This document shows, piece by piece, positions 53,280 through 64,000 of a stretch of 64,000 bases of DNA. The position numbers and the translations under genes were made by a program. Positions within the stretch are counted from its first letter, which is position 1; each line of letters begins with the position of its first letter. The notes below the pieces were generated by a model. It was not told where the DNA came from, ran no database searches, and was given only the letters and a program-made list of their open reading frames with translations. This DNA comes from Octopus vulgaris. Taxonomy: Eukaryota. The stretch is taken from positions 5,332,001-5,396,000 of the forward strand of contig CATOCA020000001.1 of the NCBI GenBank assembly GCA_951406725.2, read 5' to 3'.

Positions 53280-54358
53280 CTACTTCAGAAGGAAGGAAAA
53301 CTGATCCAGATAGCGGCAAAACACGAGCAAACCAAAAAACTGTTCTCAGTATTTAAGGAAGCTGACAAATACAAATAGGAAATCATACCACCTAATAAAC
53401 ATGAAGAAGAAGAAGATGAAGAAACAACAATAGCTATAAAACAAATGAAATCCAAACTAAAAATAGAACAGCAACGAACCATGATAAAACGATGGCAAGA
53501 AAAGCCCCTTCATGGTAAATACTGGACTAAACTAAACGCAAAAGAAATAGACAAAGAAAAATCCCAAAAATGGTTGAGAAGCTCAGGACTCAAAGCAGAA
53601 ACAGAGGGATTTTTAATTGCAGCACAAGACCAAAGCCTCCCCACCAGAAATTACCAAAAACATATAATGAAAAGAAATATTACAAGTAACTGCAGAATAT
53701 GTGGAGATGGACAAGAAACAATAAATCATATTATCTCTAGCTGTCCAGTTCTGGCTAAGAAGGAATATATTCACAGACATGACAGAGTTGGAACCTACAT
53801 ACATTGGAAGCTATGCCAACATTATGGAATAACAACAGAAAAAAGATGGTATAGGCACACACCAGAAAAGGTCACAGAAAACGAGAAAGCAACCATACTC
53901 TGGGATATGCCGATACACACATATAGAGAAATTAAGGCCAACAGACCAGATATAGTTGTCAGAGATCATGAAGAATAAAATGCTTTCTGATTGATGTATC
54001 AATACCGGCAGATGACAACGTGTCTCTAAAAGAAATGGAGAAACTTTCAAAATACAAAGACCTGGAAATAGTGGTAACTAGAATGTGGAATCTGAAAACA
54101 GAAACAATTCCTATCATAGTAGGTGCATTAGGCATGATAAAAAATATTCAGACAAATACATAACAAAAACACCAGGACTTACAAACACATATAACATACA
54201 GAAAATTGCACTACTAGGCACTGCCCACATCCTACGCAGAACACTTTCCATACAATAACCATCAGAGCATCACAACAAATCACAGCACATACCCAAGGCA
54301 CACAGAGCTGCGCTCGGTAGTGAAGTGAAAGCACGATATAAAAATAAAACTACTGATT
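53280..54358 (+). mobile_element. 5'-truncated R4/Dong-like (RLE-type) non-LTR retrotransposon inside (TAA)n
   Basis: CCHC knuckle CRICGDGQETINHIISSC, RHD motif, ILWD...NRPDIVVRD...IDVSIP restriction-like endonuclease; flanked by (AAT)n on both sides; in-frame stops. Confidence 0.88.
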
Positions 54359-54367
54359 AATAATAAT

Positions 54368-54457
<90 letters not shown>

Positions 54458-54492
54458 TATTATTAATATTAGTATTATTATCATTATCATCA

Positions 54493-54566
<74 letters not shown>

Positions 54567-54593
54567 TTTGTTATTATTAATATTATTATTATT

Positions 54594-56497
54594 ATTCAGT
54601 AGTTTTATTTTATATAGCGTGCTTTCACTTCACTACCGAGCGCAGCTCTGTGTGCCTTGGGTATGTGCTGTGATTTGTTGTGATGCTCTGATGGTTATTG
54701 TAGTGAAAGTGCTCTGCGTAGGATGTGTGCAGTGCCTAGTAGTGCAATTTTCTGTATGATATATGTGTTTGTAAGTCCTGGTGTTTTTGTTATGTATTTG
54801 TCTGAATATTTTTTATCATGCCTAATGCACCTACTATGATAGGAATTGTTTCTGTTTTCAGATTCCACATTCTAGTTACCTCTATTTCCAGGTCTTTGTA
54901 TTTTGAGAGTTTCTCCATTTCTTTTAGAGACACGTTGTCATCTGCCGGTATTGATACATCAATTAGAAAGCATTTTTTTCTTCATGATCTCTGACAACTA
55001 TATCTGGTCTGTTGGCCTTAATTTCTCTATCTGTGTGTATCGGCATATCCCAGAGTATTGTTGCTTTCTCGTTTTCTGTAACCTTTTCTGGTGTGTGCCT
55101 ATATCATCTTTTTTCTGTTGTTATTCCATAATGTTGGCATAGCTTCCAGTGTATGTAGGTTCCAACTCTGTCATGTCTGTGAATATATTCCTTCTTAGCC
55201 AGGACTGGGCAGCTAGAGATAATATGATTTATTGTTTCTTGTCCATCTCCACATATTCTGCAGTTACTTGTAATATTTCTTTTCATTATATGTTTTTGGT
55301 AATTTCTGGTGGGGAGGCTCTGGTCTTGTGCTGCAATTAAAAATCCCTCTGTTTCTGCTTTGAGTCCTGAGCTTCTCAACCATTGCTGGGATCTTTCTTT
55401 GTCTATTTCTTTTGCGTTTAGTTTAGTGCAGTATTTACCATGAAGGGGCTTTTCTTGCCATCGTTTTATCATGGTTCGTTGCTGTTCTATTTTTAGTTTG
55501 GATTTCATTTGTTTTATAGCTTTTGTTGTTTCTTCATCATCTTTTTCTTCTTCTTCTTCGTGTTTATTAGGTGGTATGATTTCTTGTTTGTATTTGTCAG
55601 CTTCCTTAAATACTGAGAACAGTTTTTTGTTTTGCTCGTGTTTTGCTGCTATCTGGATCAGTTTTCCTTCCTTCTGAAGTAGGTATTTTTGCAGTCCTAT
55701 GGTGGTTATTTTATAGTAGTTTTCCAGCTGTATAAGGCCTCTACCACCTTCTATACGTTGTATATATAGTCTTTCTATGTCAGATTTTGGGTGATGCATC
55801 CTAGATCCTGTCAGTATTTTTCTTGTTTTCCTATCTATTTTGGACAGTTCATTTCGTGTCCAGTTAAGGATATTGTAGCTGTAACTTATAACTGGGACAG
55901 CTAAAGTGTTGATACCTATTATCTTGTTTTTAGCATTGAGCTCTGTTTTTAGTATTGATCTAACTCGTCTATAATATTCTTTTTTTATTTTCTCTTTCAT
56001 TTGTGTGTGTTGTGTCTTATCTAGTTCATGGATTCCTAAGTATTTGTAAGTTTGGCTTTGGTCTAATTCTTTTATTTCATTGGTTTTATCTAGTATGATG
56101 TTGTTACTCTTAACTAGTTTTCCTCTTTTCATGGTTACTTTGGCGCATTTTTCTAATCCAAATTTCATATCTATTTCTTTGGTAAATCCATGAACTGTCT
56201 TTAATAGTGTTTCCAGCTGTTTGTCATTTGCAGCGTATAGTTTTAGGTCATCCATATATAAAAGGTGGCTGATCGTTTTGCCGTAACATTTATATCCGCA
56301 TCCAGTTCTATTTAGCATATCAGATAGAGGTGACAGTGCCAAGCAGAAAAGGAGTGGAGAGAGCGTGTCTCCCTGGAATATTCCTCTTCTGATGGGGATG
56401 TCTTTGGTTTTCATGAGTCCCTCTTTTGTTTGGAGATGTAGGACTGTTTGCCATTTATTCATAGAGTGCTCTATGAATTTTATGATTGTTGGTGCTA
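54594..56497 (-). mobile_element. Longer 5'-truncated R4/Dong-like LINE (RT + CCHC + RLE) inside (TTA)n
   Basis: ORF 56462-55104 with RT motifs GIFQGDTLSPLLF, HLLYMDDLKL and YKYLG; premature TGA at 55104-55106; flanked by (TTA)n on both sides. Confidence 0.92.
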
Positions 56498-56498
56498 C

Positions 56499-56589
<91 letters not shown>

Positions 56590-59164
56590 TACCAATAGGG
56601 CAGTCATATGGGAGAAGATACAGTAGAAAATGCGGTGAGAGCTGGCAGAATCTTCAGGACGTCGGGCGAAATGCTTAGCGGTATTTCTTCTGCCGTTACC
56701 TTCTGAGTTCAAATTCCTCCGAGATCGACTTTGCCTTTCATCCTTTCGGGGTCGATTAAAGAAGTACTAGTTACGCACTGTGGTCGATATAATCAACTTA
56801 ATCCGTTTGTCTGTCCTTGTTTGTCCTCTCTGTGTTTACCCCCTTGTGGGTAGTAAAGAAACAGGATACAGTAGACATGGACAGTGGAGATTTAACGCTG
56901 AGACAACGAGTACACAGTTAAAAGAATAACAATGATATCCGACAAAAGAATATAACAATGAAAGTTCGTAATAGGTGCAGGAAATCCCCTGGAGTTGGAT
57001 CAGGTACCCACACCCCAATCCTGAACCACTCGACGCTTCGAGGGCATCTGGGAAGCGCACTCTCCTCCCTCTCAAATTCATTAGCCCACAGGTGCGTTAT
57101 TAGAGTAGGTCCACTCACTCGTACCATTTTCGCTATTCATCCACCTTTTGGCAAACGTACTGGGAGGCGGCACTTCACTCTGCACCCTCATCTTCCTTTC
57201 CAAAGGAAATTTGAGAAAGTTGACGAGTGATTGGCCGTAGAGAAAAGTCTCTGCCTTTAGTCCTTTTAACCTGATACACAATACAGCCTCTTTCGCTACT
57301 GTTATAAGAATCGAAGTAAATTGTGTCACCTTCCGGAATGATGGAAAGCGGCTGAGCGATCTTCACTACGGACTCGGCCGATAGATGTTCAACATAACTC
57401 CACATGTCAGTAATGCAAGGACACTGGACGAGTGCATGCAGAACGCTTTCATCGCTCTGCGCACCTCTCGGGTAGGTCGGTCAGACAGCACTTCCGTGCT
57501 TGTAGAGTTTATCTCGATCCGGCAGTGCCCCCCGATGCTGGTGTGTTTACGTCCCTGTAACTTAGCGTTTCGGCAAAAGAGACCGACAGAATAAGTACTA
57601 GGCTTACAAAGAATAAGTCCTGGGGTCGATTTACTCGACTAGAGGTGGTGCTCCATCACGGCCACATTCAAATCACAGAAACAAGTAAAAGAGTAAAAAG
57701 AGAGAGAGAGAGAGAGCTCATCTGTACCCAAACATTCAATAGTTTGATGTCCTATTTTCATAGGAGTGAGGGGAAGAGGGAGAGAAAGACATGCAGGGGT
57801 CTCTAAACTGTTTAATGTATTTGTATCTGAGAAAGTCTCCAGTATTCTTGATGCCTTCTGCAAAAAGTGAAAGATAAAAAAGGAAATTGAAAAAAAAACT
57901 AATTGTCTTCCAGTAACTGTGTGTGTGTCTGTGTGCGTGTGTGTGTGTGTCTGTGTGTGTTTGTGTGTGATGCAATGAGATACATAACCATGCCTATAAA
58001 TTTCTTTAATATAAAACTGAAGTGAATATTAATGATAATATTAAATGATAATTTTAAATGACATAATTTTTCTGTGAAGAAGGTTTAGTCTTCAATGTTT
58101 TCAGTCTCGTCCACCACTCTACCTCTTTAGCCACCGGGCAGAAGAAACTGCTTTTCATTCCCGGCCAAAAGAAGGTGGCGGGGCGATCTTTACAATGAAC
58201 TCGGCTCGTAAACTGGACGGATGAGTGCATGCAGGACTATTTCCTCGGCCTGCACACACCCCCGACATATCCGTCCGACAACACTTTCGTATCTGTAGAG
58301 CTTGTCTTGAATCGGCAGAGCTTCCAGGTAGCACTGCCAGGCCAGGGATTCCTGGAAGTTAAAGACCAGTTAGTTGATTCCCTCCACATCCGCCCAGAAT
58401 TTACCCCGATTTTGTCGTTGTTCTTTCCCCTCTACTAATCCCCTATAGAAATCCATGTTGGAACTATCAACGCCCGCGTTGCCGACTGGCAGAAAGCTGT
58501 GAAAGCTTGCCGACATTCCAGGTGCCAAGCGCCCTTTCTTGGCAAACGCTTGACTCAGTACTGTAGCTTCATCAGTGAGACGAGCTGCGGAAAGTGCCCG
58601 CTTCACAAACAGTCAATCCCCTATTCTCACCGCTAAAGAAACGAAGGAGATGTCGCAGTCTCAGCGTATGTCTGCGAATCATTAGCAACGACATGTCCTG
58701 TACTCCACTGAGAGGTAGCTTACAGCAGATGGACCGTCTGATGCGCGGAACACGTCCCTTCTTTAGAAAGCGGAATAACAAACGCTCTAACTTTATCGGG
58801 CATGGGACTACATTCAGAAAGTCATAGATGACGGAAGGGATGTACGCATTCGCCACCTCGACTCGACCCTTCACGAACAGCTTCCTCTCTGCCAACTTGT
58901 GGGTGAGATCGACTATCCTGTTCGTCACCTCCCACCCGTTGTTGTCCACCCCGAGGTCAAGAGCAAACCAGAATCCAAGCAGTTTAACCTGTCATTCCGT
59001 CTAGCGCCCTACAAACTGTCGGTTGGTATGGGTCTGCCTCTCCACCTGCCGATTTGCAGGCCCACCGACTTCTCTTGGATAAGCTTTGCTCCTATCACCG
59101 CTTTGTGGCCTGTATTATGATGCCGTAGTCTGTGTTAGTTGATACGAACATTCCACATTGTAAG

Positions 59165-59204
<40 letters not shown>

Positions 59205-59526
59205 CATCTGTATTTCTAATTATATAATTTCGATTTGAAAAGTTTCAATCAGCAGTATATGACGATTGGCGGTGGAAGTGGAAGAGTTAAAATGAGAGAG
59301 TGGGGAGAGGGAGTGATAGAAGAGAGAGAGGGGAAAGAAGAGGAGGAGAGTTGATGTGTACAATTGTGAGTGTGTGTGTGTGTGTCTGTGTGTGTGATGC
59401 AATTAGATACACAACCCTGCCTAATCTTTTCTTTAATATGAAACTGGAGGGAATATCACATTAACGATTGCATTAAATGACAATTTTACTGAGAAGTGAG
59501 TGAAAAGTTTAGCCTGAAAAAAATTC

Positions 59527-59527
59527 C

Positions 59528-59582
<55 letters not shown>

Positions 59583-59658
59583 GTAATAATAATAATAATA
59601 ATAATAATTAATAATAATAATGAAAATAATAATAATATTAATAATAATAATGATAATG

Positions 59659-59690
<32 letters not shown>

Positions 59691-59720
59691 AATTATTATT
59701 ATTATTATTATTATTATTAT
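59527..59720. repeat. (AAT)n-(ATT)n head-to-head microsatellite; the empty counterpart of 52984-56590
   Basis: Same left flank (gtgaaaagtttagcc...ttccaataat), same internal aatgataatgataataatact variant and same right flank (ccaataggg...catatgggagaagatacag). Confidence 0.9.
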
Positions 59721-62700
59721 TTGCCAATAGGGCCGGCATATGGGAGAAGATACAGTAGAAAATGCGGTGAGATCTGGCAGAATCTTCAGTACGTCGGGCG
59801 ATATGCTTAGCGGTATTTCTTCTGCCGTTACCTTCTGAGTTCAAATTCCCCCGAGTTCGACTTTGCCTTTCATCCTTTCGGGGTCGATTAAAGAAGTACC
59901 AGTTACGCACTGTGATCGATATAATCGAATTAATCCGTTTGTCTGTCCTTGTTTGTCTTTTCTGTGTTTAGCCCCGTGTGGGTAGTAAAGAAACAGGACA
60001 CAGTAGACATGGACAGTGGGGATTTAACACAGAGACAACGAGTACACAGTTAAAAGAATAACAATGATATCCGACAAAAGAATATAACAATGAAAGTTCG
60101 TAATAGGTGCAGGTAATCCCCTGGAGTTTGCTCAGGTACCCACACCCCAATCCTGAACCACTCGACGCTTCGAGAGCATCTGGGAAGGGCACTCTCCTCC
60201 CTTTAAAAATTCACTAGCCCAAAGGCGTGTTATTAGAGTAGGTCCACTCACACGTACCATTTTCTCTGTTCATCCACCTTTTGGCAAACGTACTGGGAGG
60301 CAGCACTTCACTCTGCACCCTCATCTTCCTTTCCAAAGGAAATTTGAAAAAGTTGACGAGTGATTGGCCGTAGAGAAAAGTCTCAGCCTTTAGTCCGTTT
60401 AACCTGGTCCACAATACAGCCTCTTTCGCTACTGCTATTAGACAGAAGTAAATTGCCTGACCTTCCGGACTGATGGAAAGCGGCTGAGCGATCTTCACTA
60501 CGGACTCGGCCGATAGATAGAACCACCCTACACGTGATAACAGCTGTTCAACATAACTCCACATGTCAGTAATGCAAAGACACTGGACGAGTGCGTGCAG
60601 AATGATTTCATAGCTCTGCGCACATGTCGGGTAGGTCGGTCAGACAGCACTTCCGTGCTTGTAGAGTTTATCTCGAACCGGCAGTGCCCCCCGATAGCAC
60701 TGCAAAACAAGGGACTTCTAGAAGTTATCCATCATCCCCGTCTTGAAAGTCCTTCTCAACAGACTGATTAGTTCAATTTTGTCAACGCCTAACGTCTCTC
60801 CAAGTGCTTCATCTCACTATCCCTCCACTAACCCTCCATAGAACTTCAGAGTGGATTTTCCGCTGATCGCATTGCCCACCTGGTAGAGGACAGTGAGTGC
60901 CTAGCAACATTCCAGATGCCAGTAACTCTTCCTCGGTCTCTTCTTGACCCAGGACTGCAGCTTACTCAAGGAGATGAGTTGTGGAAAAGCCTGTTTGACA
61001 AACGATGACCACACCTGTTCACCATTTAGGCAGAATGTTTGGAGATGCCGCAGCCCCAGTTCATGTCTTCCACAGCATGCCCAGTGTTCCGGAAATCGGA
61101 AAGCGAAAGCACAAAAACGAAAATGGGAAAAGGGAAAAGTAAAAACAGCATTTAAGTGTTCTCCTTGTTAGACCTTGAATTATAAGGCTAATAAAATATC
61201 AAAAATCTAATAAAAAATAGACGGAATTTTCCAGATCTTCAAAATATATTTATACTTGACAACGACTGAAAATTCCCGACCTAGAGTCCAATAGAGAATT
61301 AAGCATCTTAGATCTGAACAGGATATGCACTCTTTCAGCTAAACAATGTTTATATTTATTCGATCCATTCACATAAGTTATGGATTCTCAATTACTTCCC
61401 ATCCAGTCACATGTAGTGTTTCTTTTTCTTCCAAACTTAGCCAGTTTCGTAGCTTTACTTTTGTCCTATGTCGGAAGGGGATTATGTGATTGGCATAACG
61501 ACTTTGAAATTCACCTTAAATAAGCAAAAGATTAAAAGAATAAAAGATTATGTGTGTGTGTGTGTACATGCATACAAAAATACACCCACATACGCACGGA
61601 TATGTACATAAGCGCGCACACACACACACATAGGCGTATGGATTATTGTTTCGGTAAGTTGTGTCCACGAGAAAGACACTTCCAGTGCTCTCATCTGAAA
61701 AGTACCAGCATTAACCAGGGGTTAACATTGCGACAGACTGGTATCCTGTGTGTTGTATCCTTGGGTGTTGAAATACGTTCGATACCGAGATATACTGGGG
61801 GCCTAATGCGCCTGTAGATCAGGCAGAGAATTTAGCTTAGAAAATGCTTTAATGTAGACATTCAGGCATGCGCAGTCAAGTGTTTGTGTAACGTTTATGG
61901 AGTAAAAGTCGATATGAATATGACAAAAAAAGAAACACCGTATTTTCCGGTGTATAAGCCGCTATTTTCTACCTGCGAAATTTAGTGTGCCGCTTAGAGA
62001 AAGGTGCGCCTAATGTGTGTAACTTTTTTTATAGTTCCAGGAGGAAAATAATTTGTGTATGGAGATCGAATGATTCCACTGATTTTTTTGGAGGAAGGGT
62101 CGGTCGATGAAAGACTATTGCTACAGGGCATTGGTGCCTGGAAGAAAACAAATCACATTTGTTTTGTTTTAACTTCAAGTTTTGATAATGTTTTTTTTAT
62201 CCAATAAAGAATTTAATATTGACGGAAGGTGTTTGTTGCTGATTATAGTAAGATAAAATTTTAAAAAAATCAACAATACATCTCAAAGTTGAAGAATAAA
62301 ACATTTTGAAAATACATACACATCAACAACAACAAAGCTAGCAGCGGTCACGTGGTTCCATAAGTCTTTATAAAACACCGGTAGGCTTTATGTGTGGATA
62401 AAACCAAAATTTTCCCCCAAATCCCAAGCTAAACTTCACAATACAATAATACAAACATTAATAAGCCACCTCAATTGTATAATACTAATCTTAAGCCAAC
62501 ATTCTACAACCCTGTCTGCGAGACGACAAATATTAGTTCCATTACAACCTCTCAATCCGATACTAATATAAATCCCAATTTAGATTCTCCCCACTAACAA
62601 CAAACCAACCAACATCAACATTACTAATAGTAAACCCCAACCACTTGCAACTGTCGCGCTTCTGAAATATATGGTATGCAGACACCTGTCTCCTCAAAAG

Positions 62701-63175
62701 CGTAATCTATAAGTGCCACGTGATTACCCCATGCACCCACCAGGCAAGGGTGTATATTAATGGCACTGAGGATTTTCAATGTCGTTGTCGTGCTCATATG
62801 TATTCTTTCACTAATCCCGAATCTAAACTATTTCAATCTTTAGCAACACACATATACAACCTCAATTCAAAACAATGTCCAACACGCTCTATCGTGGTTC
62901 ATAGTATGTGAAGCTCCCCTCTACAACACAAATATAGGTAAATGTATGTTATGTATAAAAGGGTCATTAACTATTCTTCGCCTCCACAACTCCTCACTGT
63001 TAAATTCTCTGACGTTATTTTTTATCGTAAGCATAAAAACTGCCCGACATTCATGCACTTCCCTAATTCCAAATAAATAAAGCTGTAATGTAAAACAAGT
63101 GTCAACCTGACAATCGACAAGTGAACACATTCCAAATAGCAAATATGTGTGTGTGTGTCTATGTATACATATATG

Positions 63176-63267
<92 letters not shown>

Positions 63268-64000
63268 CATATGCAATACATATGAAATATCCAAACTTGC
63301 ATTTACAAATACATAATATATACATACAAGCTCTTACATACATACATGCAAACACACACACATATACGCACAATATATATACATATAAACTCCTACATTA
63401 ATACACAGTATTAAAAACATTAAGTAGTCAGCATATATATATAGATACCTACAGAAATATAAATATATATAACACGCATCCCAAATTTATTCCATGTATT
63501 ATGATCAATCGATTTTTCATCCTCCTCTCAGCCTCCTAAATCTCTCCAACACACATCACAAATTTCCTCAAATTTTTGCTTTTCAACCGTCTCTACTCTC
63601 ATTTGACCCATCTCGGCTTCAAACAATAATTAACAAAAGTCAAATACTAAGAAAAATACCGACCCGATTTTTTGTACTACTAACATTCTTAACCACTCCC
63701 TCGTACCTGAAAAGTGTCCTTAAAAAATACCCCACGTAATTTGAGATGAAATTGCTGTTTCATTATTGTACCAGCTAGAGGGGGATACTCCTTCAACATT
63801 CAGATGAATTACTTATTTATTCACATCGTTTAAAATTAAACATACGTTATCTTCTAGCTTTGAGATTTTGATTATGTGATTGCTTACTTTTAGAATAACT
63901 TTGCATGGTAGTTGTGAAAAGGCTGATCTGTTCAGTTTCCACAGAAAACAGGAAGAATATTTGGGCCCGACGTGGCCAGTGCCAATGCTAATGGGTTAAC

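Overview
AT-rich, microsatellite- and transposon-dense animal DNA; the SINE families suggest an octopod cephalopod (inference, not verified). The main signal is absent from the ORF track: a minus-strand gene for a secreted or cell-surface leucine-rich-repeat (LRR) protein. A signal peptide + LRRNT exon (30857-30667) is followed by ten tandem ~2.5-2.9 kb genomic cassettes (1-27.4 kb). Each cassette holds one phase-2/phase-2 exon encoding exactly one 24-aa LRR (nine of 72 nt, one of 70 nt), a nearly identical ~1.1 kb intronic block, and a long (GAA/GGA)n purine tract. The introns are almost invariant, while the exons are hypervariable at the xxLxLxxN concave-face codons, a VLR-like diversified-receptor architecture. 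The C-terminus lies beyond the left edge of the window. The remainder holds decayed Penelope, mariner, hAT (split by a solo LTR), Tx1/L1-like and SINE elements, a three-unit segmental duplication (43.7-64 kb) with filled and empty (TAA)n target sites for R4/Dong-like LINEs, and a hammerhead ribozyme motif. Exon translations were done by hand; no database searches were run.
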